A DNA stretch of 64,000 bases, taken from assembly GCF_009914755.1 (NCBI RefSeq), contig NC_060927.1; one strand, given 5' to 3'. Within the stretch, counting starts at the first letter, position 1; every line of letters starts with the position of its first letter. A program made the position numbers and the translations under genes. This DNA is from the human T2T-CHM13v2.0 reference genome, Homo sapiens. This document shows, piece by piece, positions 27,656-43,530 of the stretch. The notes below the pieces were generated by a model. It had not been told where the DNA came from and made no database searches. It saw only the letters and a program-made list of their open reading frames with translations.

Positions 27656-28337
27656 CAGCTCTGGTTGCCAACCTGTGGGATGTGAATTCTTTGGGGTCTG
27701 TGGAATTTCCACAAGGATTAGGTAATCCATATGCATGCTGTGGTTGATGGAGAGACTGAACTAATTCTATATTATAAAATATGTATGCAGGTCCTGCTTT
27801 TTAAAATGTGTGAGCAATACTGTGATTAACAAAAATATACTTCAGCCAAATAGTGTTCCTGAATTCATCATAACTTTTGGGTATCACGTAGTTTCTCTTT
27901 CAAAAATATGAAAACCAATAAAAGCAGCTAAGTTGACTTCTCACTGTGAGCCAAATAACTGATCTTGGCAACTTGCACATATTAACTTATTTTTTCCTCA
28001 AAAAAGTATAGGAGGAAAGTACTATTATCATCCTGTTTTACAGATAAGGTAACTAAGATAATGGAGGAAGCCCCACATAATATAGTTGGAAGGATCTGAA
28101 TCCAGGGAGTGTGAGTCAGAGCCTGAACCACTACACAAAGCTGTCCTCTCTATGTAGGTGCTCAATCATGTTAGCAACAGTAACATTTTGACAGTTAAAA
28201 TGTATCCAAGAATTCAAAAGGGTTGGGGAATGCAGGTGTTTAAGATCTCTTCTAATCCTTAAAATCTTAAATCCCCTCTACAGCTTTCATTTTGTATAAA
28301 AGAATGTCTAGGGTAGTGATTACAAACATGAGTATAT

Positions 28338-28605
28338 GGCTGGGCGGTGGCTCACGCCTGTAATCCCAGCACACTGGGAAGTTGAAGAAGGTGGATGGCT
28401 TGATCCCAGAGTTCGAGACCAGCCTGGGCAACATGGTGAAAAATTTGTCTCTACAAAAATTAGCTGGGAGGGCAAGGCTGCAGTGAACCATAATTGCACC
28501 ACTGCACTCCAGCATGGATGACAAAGTGAGACCCTGTCACAAAAACAAAACAAAACAGAAAACACATACACAGAAAACAAACAAAGCAAATTAAAAGCAA
28601 CAATT
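28338..28605 (+). mobile_element. AluJ with an internal right-arm deletion of about 70 bp
   Basis: 'aaaattagctggg' is joined directly to 'agggcaaggctgcagtga'; A-rich microsatellite tail. Confidence 0.88.
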
Positions 28606-31600
28606 AAAACACATGACTAAGTTCCAACCCTGGTTCTGGTATCTGCTAGCTCTGTAAGCCAGGGAAAGATTCCTTTCCTCTCTATTCTTCAGTTTCCTTG
28701 TTTGTAAAATTAAAATGATAACCTTATAGGTGTGCCATGTGGATTAAATAAGATAATGCATACCAAGTCCATACAGGAATGCATAACAAATGATGAGTGT
28801 TCAATAAATGTTTGTGGTTAGTGTTCTTATTTTTGTTGTCATTTTGGTCTTGCTTGATTGTCCTCAGAGGGTATCCTGCAAAGGAGGATCAAAATGTAGG
28901 TTCTGTGGGAGAAGCAGAGAGCCAGGGCTGGATACCACATATACTGCAGTGAACCAGCCCTTTCTGATTCAAGAAGTGAGAAAATGGTGTCTGAGGCGGC
29001 AGACAAAAACAACTGGAGGAGCTTAAGATACTGGCAGTGGAAAGCGATGCAAGCAGGTGTCAAACAAGTTTACTGTGCTTTGTTGACAGTAAGAAACTCC
29101 AAAGTGATGATGTGTGGAGATGTGACTCCTATGGCCAATCAGATTGAATGGTGGAAGCTGCTTTTTAATAGTATTTTGCTGCAATTTTTGGAGACACAGA
29201 GATAAACACTCCTGGATGCATAAATACTATTATATATTAAAAACAGATGGGGAACATGGCAAGAATAAACCTTCATCAAAACAACTGACTAAATTGTATA
29301 TATTTATAGACAGAGCAAAATAAAAGAACTATGCAGGAAATAAAAGAGGATTAAAATGTTACTTTCAACAGAATATAAGCCAATGAAAATGTTCCAAAAA
29401 AACTCATCTGGTCTCCCTTGAATAGAAAGTTAATAGGACTGAGCTTTGATTCTGAGAAATACTCAAAATGCAGAAATGCCAAAACACAGCATGTTTTCTG
29501 CTAAATTAATCGGACAGAGCTAAGTTTGCCATGAAGGCAGGGGTTCACAGTACAGGTGGTGCAGAATGAGCTGGGAGTTGGTCTATGGGCCTGAAAAGTG
29601 TCAAAAGCTAGCAGTGATTTGGAGTTCTATTTCTAACTTGCTATTTCCAAATGGGAATAATTATTCCTAAGTGTCACTAGACTGTCTCTAATCTTAAGTC
29701 GTGGAAATATCTCATCACCTCCCTATGGGGCTAGAGAGAACTTGCTTTGACTTTAAAATCAGAACAGCTGTTCATTAAATGCTCATCCCCATGCCATTGT
29801 TTTGGGTGGTATCCAGATATTAATTGAAAATGAAAGAAAGGTCTCCATTCTACTTAACTTTTGAAGCTTAATGACGACATACAACAAGGTAGGAAAAGAA
29901 ACTTAATTTATATTTAACATTCTAACTCATCTATAAAATGGGACCTGGTAATTAAAAATGTTCTTTTCTCTCCTGTAGTTGATAAATTTGCATCCTAGGT
30001 TAAAGGGGAAATGTTTAAAGGTGGATGGTGGACCCATAGTAGCCCTCCCGGCTGATGGCTGAGGCAGATGGTCTAGCACTGGCTCTTGGAATAGCCAGTC
30101 ATTAGTCCATCACACTGCCAGGAGAGTGTCTGATACATGTAATTTCACTGAATTAAAATCATCCTAGTGTTTCTCAAAAAGTGAGCACCTAACATACAGC
30201 AAAAACCAGTTAACAATGATAAATATAAAAATGTACATGAATTTAAATAAAAAGTCTACACTGTAAATATTTATTGAGAATCTAATATATTAGAAGTTTA
30301 TTGAGTATATAAAGTATCCCCAGAATATTAATTATGTAATTCTGATAATCAGATACACTCAAACTGAGTGGCTTTCGAATCACTGATTTTAGAATTTCAA
30401 GTATTTTAAGTGTGACTCAAAAATTCAGTTTAAGAAAAATTATAACAAGTGAGTACACAGAGGTTTCCATAGCTGTTAAAAAAAGGAAAAACACAAACAT
30501 AGAAAATAGCTCTTAAAATCCAGTAATAGATTTATTTTTATAAAAAACTTCTCTACCCCCAAAAATCTATAAAATAAATCCCAGTAATTATATTTAGTCT
30601 AATATGCATTTCCTGATAAATTATATCCTAAGAAACAGCAAAAATAGTCTTTGAATACACAATATACCCTACCCTTTTTTCTTCACAGGGCATCCCACAA
30701 AATTGCCTACAAGCATACAGGCAAGATAAAACGGACTGGCCTTTACAACTTCAACAAAGAAAGCCCTTGTATTTGATACCACAGGAAGTCCTGGATAAAA
30801 TCAGAGAAATCATATTTTATAAGGATTCATCAATTACTTATATTTACTTAAAAAACAGCTAGTCCACCACTTCCTTTTTTCATTTCTTATGTTAGTTACC
30901 ACATTTTCATTTGATTATTAAAGTTAATCCCTGCAGTTTTCTGTATTAGAGATCGATACACGTACTCTGGCCATTCGTCTTACACGACTGATTAATTTTT
31001 CAGTTTGGATTCATACCGTCAACATGCAGCTTCAACCAACTTTGTGTGCAAGTTACTGAGAGGAGAAATTGAGGTGTTTAAAAATAGAATTTTAATTATT
31101 AAAAACTACTGATCTTTATCTCTCAAATACTGTATATGAGTAGATATTTATAGGCAAACTTTATGGAATTATACTGGCTTTTATATTAGTATTTAAAGAC
31201 AATTAAATCAAATCACCTTTATGTGGTAACTGAATTAATAAATTGGATTAATTCTGGAAGTCATTTTAACACATTGCTCAATAGGTAAGAGCTTTCTAGT
31301 TACATAAGGGAAAACAGGTATTCTCCTTTTTTCACGGGAAGATTATGTCTGACTCTCATAAACCTCTATTTAAAAGCCATTTTACAGAAACAAACATGAT
31401 AAATAAAAATAAGTCCCAAAAGGCCTGTAGCATTATTTTTGTGTATTACATCCTATGCTTTGAAAACTCTTACATATACTGAGAAAAGTATTTTATAGTT
31501 GTAATAATAACTATACTAATAGTTACAGTAGTGACAGTAATAGCTAATACTTCATGAGAATTGACCGTGTCATGTGTTATCTTACTGCACACCGACATCT

Positions 31601-33554
31601 CTTTTAATCTTCACACCATCCCATCAGGTAGTAGGTATTATCCCCATTTTACTGATGAGAGCATTGAGGCCCATAAAGGTGACAGATCTCAGGCATAATA
31701 AGTGGGGGAAGCAGGGTCTGAACCCAGCGTAATTCCTAAGTCCCTGCTCCTCAAATCTAAGCAGTTCTGCACAAACTAACTCAGACTGGCCATTATTGTC
31801 CCCTTCTCCTTCCTAAATCCAAGCTCTATTCCATATGCCAAAGAAAAAAGAGAGAAATGAAACTACAATTTAGATCCCAAACCTAATGACTTGGAAGGAA
31901 GCCTTCTTACTCTCTCTGAAATAAATAATGGGCTCCTGAAAGACATAATTAGGATTCTTGGGAAGAAGCATGGTGATAATTTGTAGGAGACAACACTAAA
32001 CCTTTGCCTTTCTTCAGATCTGTTCTTTTAAACTGACCGCCCATTCAGATGCCTCCATCACCTCTCCTTCTAGTGAAATGGTACGAGGAATTATATGCAA
32101 TGACCTTCAAAAGATACTCTATGAACTAACAAGAACAAAAATGTCATCTCTTAGCCAACTGATCTCATTAAGAAGCATTACTCCAACAGTTGACTTAGGG
32201 CTCTAATAGACCTAGATTCCCAAATCCTGCAGTATTTCACCTGGGTGGGACTGAGGCCCGGAATGTGGAATGTGGGCTTTTGTTCAAGGGTTTGACTAAA
32301 TAGAAGAAAAATGTTAAACAGCCCTAACAGCATGCTGTTTTTACTTTACCAGTCTGCTGAGAGTATGCTTTTTTTTTTTTTTTTTTTTAGAAAAGGCTAT
32401 TTGATGACAGAATAATTGGCTCTGCTTCCACAGTTCTCTATGTCAGTGTTCTTCCTTCCATCAGGCCCCAGAAAGCTTTGAGCTGTTTTGGGGGAAAAAA
32501 AAAATCAAGAAACAGAGTTAACCCATTTGGAAACTACAATACACTCTGAGAGGTAGGCATGGGAAGGGAAAGCAGAAGTCACAGAAGGTAAGCAGTCCTT
32601 ACTTGGAATTGTACACTGTTACCATCAATATTGGCAAGGCAGCCATAGCCTGTCAGGCAAATCGGGTCAGCCCTAAACCTTTCCTAGTTGACAGTATCCA
32701 CCCACCCATATGTTCTTCAAATGCCTACTTAACACTTAGCAGATGCTTCCCCAACACAAATTACACCATTATAAACGTGGTAATGGGATAATAAAAGATT
32801 TAGCAGTGTTCAGATAAATGGGCGAGTGTCACTGGGCAATCAGAATTATGATACAGAGGTTAATACAGGCAAAAAGATATTAAAGACATTAAAAAGGCAC
32901 TGTGTACTGTGAAAGTATTTCCTTTTACATTTATTCGTTTTTCTGCCGCTACTCTATTTATCATATGATAATATGAACTCATTTTTAGTCATGAATTACC
33001 AGAGATGTGTCTTACCAGAGGAATTAAACACATAATAGCTTGTAATATGAATGAAAGGGTTTTAATAACTTTGGATTTGGCAGCCCCATAAAACATGATG
33101 ACCATCTCGAGATTTACATGGAAGGTAGCAGCCTTGTTTGATGCAAACAGGCTCCCCCAGGATCATCTATGCTTTCTCTTACTGCATGCTTCCTCCTTAA
33201 AATGGGAGTTTTTCAGATTAAAGAAGATATGGAATATTATACTACCATAAAGACATAGCACTGCTAACAATGTGTAGATTTGGTTACTAGTAAATGTTTG
33301 TTTACTATGCTGGGGGACAGTATAGGAAGTAGTGCTCAGGTGTATGGGCTCTGATCCAGCTCTACTGCTTACCAATTACATGACCTTGAGCAAGCTACAC
33401 ATTCTGAGCTTATGTTCCCAACTGTAACATGGGGAAAATAACGGGGCTGTGGAGAAGATAAAATAACTTAATATATGTAAAGTACATCTCTGTGGCCCAT
33501 ATGAAATTAAATGCTCAATAAATGTTACTTATTAGTATTTTGTACTCCCATAGT

Positions 33555-33954
33555 TTCTTTTTTTTTTTTTTTTTTTTTTTGAGACAGAGGAGTCTTGCTC
33601 TGTCCCCCAGGCTGGAGTGCAGCTGCATGTTCTTGGCTCACTATAACCTCCACCCCCGGGGTTCAAGTGATTCTCCTGTCTCAGCCTCCGGAGTAGCTGG
33701 GACTACATTCGTGTGCCACCATCTTGGCTCACTATAACCTCCACCTCCGGGGCTCAAGCGATTCTCCTGCCTTAGCCTCTGGAGTAGCTGGGACTACGTT
33801 CGCGTGCCACCACGCCCGGCTAATTTTTTGTATTTTAGTAGAGTTGGGGTTTCACCATGTTGGTCAGGCTGGTCTTGAACTCCTAACCTCAAGTGATCAG
33901 CCCACCTCGGTCTCCCAAAGTGCTGGGATTACAGGTGTGAGCCACAGCACCCAG
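33555..33954 (-). mobile_element. AluS with a 91-bp internal tandem duplication
   Basis: Repeat units 33631-33721 and 33722-33812; degraded TSD actcccatagtt/actcccacactt. Confidence 0.92.
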
Positions 33955-34429
33955 ACTCCCACACTTAGAGTCTTAAGTAAGACATTGTCTTCTAATTTCT
34001 ATGAGAATTGTGATGTGACTTTGCTTAGATAACTAGAGATAGGCCCTGAGATGGGGGAAAAATATGAGAAGTGATGCAAAAAGGGAAGAAGAGGAACTAA
34101 GAAGAAGGGGGAAGTGAAGGAAGGAGACAGAGGAGAAAAAAACAACAGTGAGAGAACATATAAACTAGGTTCTAAGAATGTGAAGTATTTAATTCAAGGA
34201 CATTAATTAAAGAGTGTTACTCCAACAGAGAAAGGGCCTGCTGAGGCAAGGGAGTTACTGATGAAGTAAATTAGAGCTGACAAGACAATGGCTATATTTG
34301 GTCTACTTACATATCCTCCCTCCCTTTCCTGTTTTCTTTCTTTCTTTTTGCCATTCTTCCCTACTTTTGTCTTTCCTTTTCCCTTCCTCCCTCCCTTCCA
34401 CCCTGCTTCTTCTTTTTCTTTCTTCCTTC

Positions 34430-35740
34430 CTTTCATTCAACAAATAAACATCTATTCAGCAATCGCTAAGGCTTTAGAACATCATAAAAGAATATTTATA
34501 AAAATGTCAATATCTAAAAGCCAAAAGGTGAGATATTAGGTCGAGAGAATATTGTACAGCAGAACAAGACAGAGAGAACTTGGTGCTAATGAGCATATAG
34601 TAGCATACACGTTAGAGGAGTTCCCTGTCCTAGGGAGCTTACATTCTAGTAGTGGGAGGTAGTCCATTAATGAACACACACAAACATATATTAGAAAGAT
34701 ACCAAGTGATGATTGGTGCTACAAAAAGAGTATTAAAAGATTGATGCAATAGAAATGGACTTGGGAGAAGTACTTTGAGCAGGGTAGTCAGGGACAGAGC
34801 TTATTTTTTTTTTATTTTTGAATTTAGGTTTAACATTCATACAGTAGAGTGCACCATGTTAAGTGGACAGCTTGGTGAGTTTTTACATATGTATTCACCT
34901 GTGCAAGTATCACCCAGATCAAGGTCTAGAACATTCCCAGCAATTTGGTTTGGGTATTTTTTTCATAAATGGTACTGTGTTATATATCTAATTACCTATC
35001 TTAATTCTTTTCAAAAGGTGCTATTTTAAGATCTATCCACATTGTACCTTTTATTGTGGTTTCTAACTTGGGTACAACACTCCATGAAGTGCATCTGCCA
35101 TATTTAACTTATCTTCTATCCCAGTAATGGACTCCAAGCTTGCTTCCATTACTTCAACAGTCCAAATTCGACTGAAAGAAACATCTTCAAACATGAATCC
35201 ATCCTGAGCTATGTGAGATATTTTTTTTCTTAATACATGACTAGGAGCAGGAGGTCTGTGTCTGAGAACACGCATTTGACTAACCAATGTATGACTGCAA
35301 GCCAGAATGCATGTCACTATGAACTCCCAAACCACAGTGCAGATCTGATTGTTGGTGTTTAAATGTGTATGTGCTGCTATCTCATAATTTTGAAAATCTG
35401 TTCACACAATTCTAAAACTTTTTAATTTCCTCCTCTTAAATTCACTTTTCCTTCCCTGGTATATTTTTTGAAGCATGTGACCTTCCCTTTCTTGACGATT
35501 TGCACAGGGAGTGTTATTAGGGAGCTAACACTTAAACCAAAATGTAATTATCAGGGAGGAGCTGACCTTGAAAAGATAAGGGAGTTCCAGGCTGTGCAAA
35601 TATCTCGGACAAATGCCCTCAGGCAGGACTGAGGCTGCCAGGTAGAAGGAACACACAAGACAGTCAGTATGGCTGAAACACAGAGGGAAATGGGAAAAGT
35701 AGGACTGAGGTCAGAGAGGAAGCGAGGGCCAGAAAGAGAT
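34430..35740 (-). mobile_element. L2 3' region interrupted by an L1ME-like fragment (about 34810-35340)
   Basis: L2 tail 'ttcattcaacaaata', 'ccctgtcctagggagcttacattctagt'; L1ME-like 'acattcatacagtagagtgcac...cccagatcaagg'. Confidence 0.65.
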
Positions 35741-37346
35741 CTGTGATTCCAAATCCACCACAGTGTGCCAAGTTTCCCTGTTCCATTTGCAGAATCTTTT
35801 AATGTTGAACCTGACCTTTCACTACCCATCAATGAACACAGAATGACAAGCACAATTGTAGCTGATATATCTCTGAAAGCTTAATAGCAATAAAGATAGA
35901 TCAACACTTGTGATTCAAAGCACTTAGAGCGTCATAAAAGTACATTCTATAAAAATCTCAATAACAAAAAGGTAAAAGATGAGATATTAGGTAGAGGAGA
36001 TATTGTGCAGCAGAATAAGAAACACTCAGAAAATTGCTTGTTCCTCATGGGAAAAGCCAAAAAGAAGAAGAATAATAAACTTATCTAATTAGAGAAGTCT
36101 GTGGAGATGCTCAACTCAAATTAATCTAGAAATGAGTTTACACAAGGTTAGGGATTTTGAGACTTAAATTTATGGACAAAACTGTTCTTCTTGTTTATTA
36201 AGGTGAAAACTCAAAGGGTAGTAAGTTAATAACTATAAAACTGAAGGAAAAAACTGCATCTGATTAGTGGAAATAATATATAGTGAGTCTCAATAAAGGA
36301 CATACCCTCTCTAGATGTTAATTAACCATACAGTCATAGCAAAATGATGTGATTTTGAAGCAGTGTATTATAACGCTATTAGAGAACAGAAATAGCTGAC
36401 TTAATTTTTAAATCCATTATAGAGCAAAATGGCAAAAGATCTATCATTCCAGTGACATCAAGGGTGTACATTTTATTGGGAGATGACATCCAATCTCAAT
36501 TTGTCTCTCTGGTTGACAGTAAAAACTCACTATGAAGATGATCATTGTTATCTAAATTTTCCATGAAAAGAAAGAAGCAAAGAAAAGTAAACACTAAGAG
36601 AAGTGTATTTGTTTATCTAGAGATACATAGAATTTTTCAAATGTTGAAATGAAAGTTAATCTCTCTGTAAAGTCATTTGATTAAAAAAGATGGTGTGAAA
36701 CTAACAAAGTTAGAGAAAGGCTTATAAGCCTTTGCAACAAAAGTTGAAACAACCTTTACAAACAAGAAAACCACTGCTTTCTTTCAACTCATTATTAATG
36801 ACTTTTAATCTTAAAAGAAGATAGGATTTTAATTATTCTTTGTTATTATGCTGTGAAGATAAGTAAAATGATGTGCGTGGAAGTGCTCTGAATTCATAGA
36901 AAAAAGATTCTGTAAATATGACTCTTTTATTGTACATTAATATATGGAAAATGTTTCCTGTGCAATGCAAATGAAATATATATGAACAAATTAATAAGAT
37001 AAAATGCAAATAATATAAATTAATCTAATGATTTTTTTTAAATTGTAATAAACAAAGTGGCTTGAGAAGTCTAGATTAGATATTTGCATGCACATGACTA
37101 GAGTATTTATTGCTTCCCTACAATGTCTTTTGCTGTTTCTCCTACTAGACCCTCAGCATCACAGGACAGGAACATCATCTTCCTCTCTGTGTTCCCAGAG
37201 TACAGGATGATACAAGAGCTTGGGAACAGAATTCATGTAATCAAACCACTCTACCCAATCAACAGCTAAGGGCATCATACATGCTTTGAAGAACATAACC
37301 AAGACTGACTTGATTCAGGTAATCTGAAAAAATGTTAAAACATCCA

Positions 37347-37398
37347 CACTGCCTGTTATATCTTTATACACACACACATACACACACACACACACACG
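37347..37398. repeat. (CA)n microsatellite
   Basis: Directly visible. Confidence 0.95.
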
Positions 37399-37708
37399 AC
37401 TGGAAATATGCTGAGATTAGAGCAAAACAGCAAGACAGACAGGAGTCTGGCTTCCAATGGGTACCTATTTATAAAGAATTTACGATAGTGGCTAGTATTT
37501 AGTAAAGGTTATATAAGTGCCTAATTTAGAAAAATACAACCCAGGCCATGCTGGCTATTAGTCAACTCTGAAAAAGTTATTTTATTGCCCTGAGCCTGAG
37601 TTTTCTTATCTCTGAAAAGTGGGATAATACTCCTTATTTCACAGGGTTATTGCCAGGAGTAAAATGTGAAAATAAAAAGTATTTAGCAGAGAGGTTTTCA
37701 GGACATTA

Positions 37709-40602
<2,894 letters not shown>

Positions 40603-40859
40603 TACTTCTTTTTCCCCATGTTTTTTGTCTAAATTTTAAAAATTCATTTAGATCAACTTTTAAAATGTGTGTCAAACAGTGTTCTAAAATAATTTACTTT
40701 TGGTATAGTGAGTTTCAATGATGAGAAGTCATACTATTAGCCAGGCCTTAAAGACACTTAGGTAAGGGTGAAAAATGAGTAGATTGTTTAACCTGTGGTT
40801 CCCACCTGTTTATCCCTATTGCAATTTATATAAGCTTTGATTGATCACTTATCACGTGG

Positions 40860-41870
40860 TTAATTTTTTAATTAAGAAAAACTGTTTAATTGACACATAA
40901 TAATTGTACATATTTATGGGATATGCAGTGATATTGCAATACATACAATGTTTAGTGATCGGATCAAGATAGTTAGCATATCTACCAACTCAAACATTTA
41001 TCATTTCTTTCAAAATCCTCCTTCTAGTTATTTGAAATTATATAACATATTATTATTGACTATAGTCATCCTACAATGCTATAGAGAACTGGAATTTATT
41101 CTCCTATCTAACTGTAAGTTTTTTTTTAATCTTTTATTATTTTTAACTTTTATTTTAAGTTCAGGGATCCAAGTACAAGTTTGTGACATAGGTAAACTTG
41201 TGTCATGTGGGTGTGTTGTACAGATTATTTCATCACCCAGGTATTAAGCCTAGTACCCATTAGTTATTTTTCCTGATCCTCCCCTTCCTCCCACCCTCCA
41301 CTTTCTGACAGGCCCCAGTGTGTGTTGTTCCCCCCATCCATGCGATCATTTGTTCTCATTTAGCTACCACTTATGCATGAGAACATGTGGTAACTAGTTA
41401 TCTGTTCCTGTGCTAGTTTGCTAAGGATAATGGCCTCCAGCTGCATCCATGTCCCTGTAAATGACATGATCTCATGTTTTTAATGGCTGCATAGTATTCC
41501 ATGGTGTATATGTACCACATTTTCTTTATCCAGTCTATCATTGATGGGCATTCCAGTTGATTCCCTGTCTTTGCTATTGTGAATAGTGCTGATGAACTTA
41601 TGCATGCATGTGTCTTTATAACAGAATGATTTATATTCCTTTGGGTATATACCCAGTGATGGAATTGCTGGGTCGAATGGTATTCCTGTCTTTAGGTCTT
41701 TGAGGAATTGCCACTCTATCTTCCACAATAGCTGAACTAAGTAAGTACACTGTTGGTGGGAGTGTAAGTTTGTCTAGCTGTAATTTTGTATCCTTCAACA
41801 AATCTCTCCACAACAACCCCCTTCCTCCTGCCCTTCCCAGCCTCTGGTATTCTCTATTCTACTTTTTACT
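40860..41870 (-). mobile_element. L1MA-type 3' end hosting a nested L1PA insertion
   Basis: Host 3' UTR breaks at 'cctatctaactgtaa' and resumes at 'tctagctgtaattttgtatcc'. Confidence 0.85.
41122..41772 (-). mobile_element. L1PA (roughly PA13-16) truncated copy with a 5' micro-inversion
   Basis: 3' UTR 'cagattatttcatcacccaggtattaagcc'; ORF2 remnant WQFLKDLKTGIPFDPAIPSLGIYPKEYK; TSD at 41107-41121 and 41773-41787. Confidence 0.88.
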
Positions 41871-43469
41871 CACATGGCTGAAAAGTGTTTCTATTATATG
41901 TCTCTTGCGCTTCCTAGACTATGAGCAACATGAAGGCAACCATGGTGTCTTACTGATGTTTTTATCCTTTGTGTCCAGCACAGAGTAAGTGTAAAGTAAA
42001 TGCTTGGTGAATTCAATGACCTAGTTACACTGAAGGAATCTTTTAAAAAGTCATTATTAGTGTACACAAATCAAATGGTTAAGCTGTTTTGGATAGAGTT
42101 TTATAACTGGGTTATAAAATCATTAAAAAATAAATTTCTGAATGATGTGTCTAATTAAAATTTGTCAGTAAACTTTACACAAAGAAAAAAAATCTCCAAA
42201 TTAACATAAGGCTCTTTCTTCTCCTTCAAAGATCCCATTACTTTTTCTTTTAACTTTCTCATTTGTTTATCTTCAAACAGGCAGTGTTCTTAATAATCTC
42301 CATTTAACAGATGGGAACACCAAAGTTCAGAGCTGTTGTTAAATTGCTTTCTCGAGGAACGGCACCGTCCCAGTTGGGGTCGTGATAGAAGTCTTGCATC
42401 TTCCATTACTCTTTCAATTAGAATCTCTAGTCATTAACACATTTTCTTTAGCCTGCAAAATAATAATCCTTTGTAGGGCTCCAGTGTGGAAAACTTCCAT
42501 TTGAGAAAGGTGTATTTCAGAAAGTTTTATACGAACGTGCACTTGCAGGCCATTATGAAAATCATTGGGCCATCTTAGGTTTAAGAGTGTAATTGTGATC
42601 AACAATTCTCTGCAACTATGGCACCATGACAAAGCCCTTTCTAGTTGTTTATTTTTTAAAAATTAGAGGGCTATTTATGGATTAATATTACCATATTTGC
42701 CATACCAAGTGATCTGTACAAAGCATAAAATTAAAGCTCTGGGCATTCAGCTTTATAAAGCAGTGCTGGTAACTACCTTGAGTTACAAAGGTATTTATAT
42801 AAACATTTCAACTCTTGGGAAACATTTGTAAGACTCCAGCAATAACTACAAGACTTTAAGGATTGATTTGCACACCAAAGGAAACTTTAATATGGTATTT
42901 ATGTTTGCGTGAGTTTGTGGGTCAGTGTTTAATACTAGTTATAAGATCAAAGCAAAGAAGGATTCCCTATATCTTCAATTTCAAAATAAGAAAAGATTCA
43001 TAATTTTTACTGCTTCTATTAAAGCTATTAATGCTTGTGTAAGAAGAGGAGGGAAGAAAAACTCAAGAGGGATAAACTCGTGGCCTTGTAATGGAGAAAT
43101 GCTTCTCAACTGACAGGTTATATGTGCCTGGCTACTATGAAATAAACTCAGTTATTAATGAAAATGTCCCCAAAAAAGGTTTAATGCATTCTAGTTCCAC
43201 AGCTTAGGAAGAGCCAACTTAATTTACTCTTGAAACTCAATCACTCACAAGATGAGATTTTTTAACCAAGATTTTTAAATGTTCATACTAAAAAAGAGAT
43301 TCAAACTGTCCCTACTGTAACAAAACTAGTTTTCATAAAAGCATGCACTCAAGATAAAAAAGAGAATTGAAAAACATTATTTATAGAAAATGTTTGAAAG
43401 CAATTCAGCTCCAAGTCACAGGGCTTTAATAGCTCTAGTTGAATTTACACATTCTCCACTCATATTCAC

Positions 43470-43530
43470 TCTCTCCTCTCTTTCTCTAGTGCACACACCA
43501 CACACGCGCGCACGCACACACACACACACA
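43470..43530. repeat. (CT)/(CA)/(CG) compound microsatellite
   Basis: Directly visible. Confidence 0.85.

Noticed and set aside
34040-34430. Purine-rich tract followed by a pyrimidine-rich tract (possible hairpin or triplex)
   Set aside because: Low-complexity sequence without clear register-specific complementarity.
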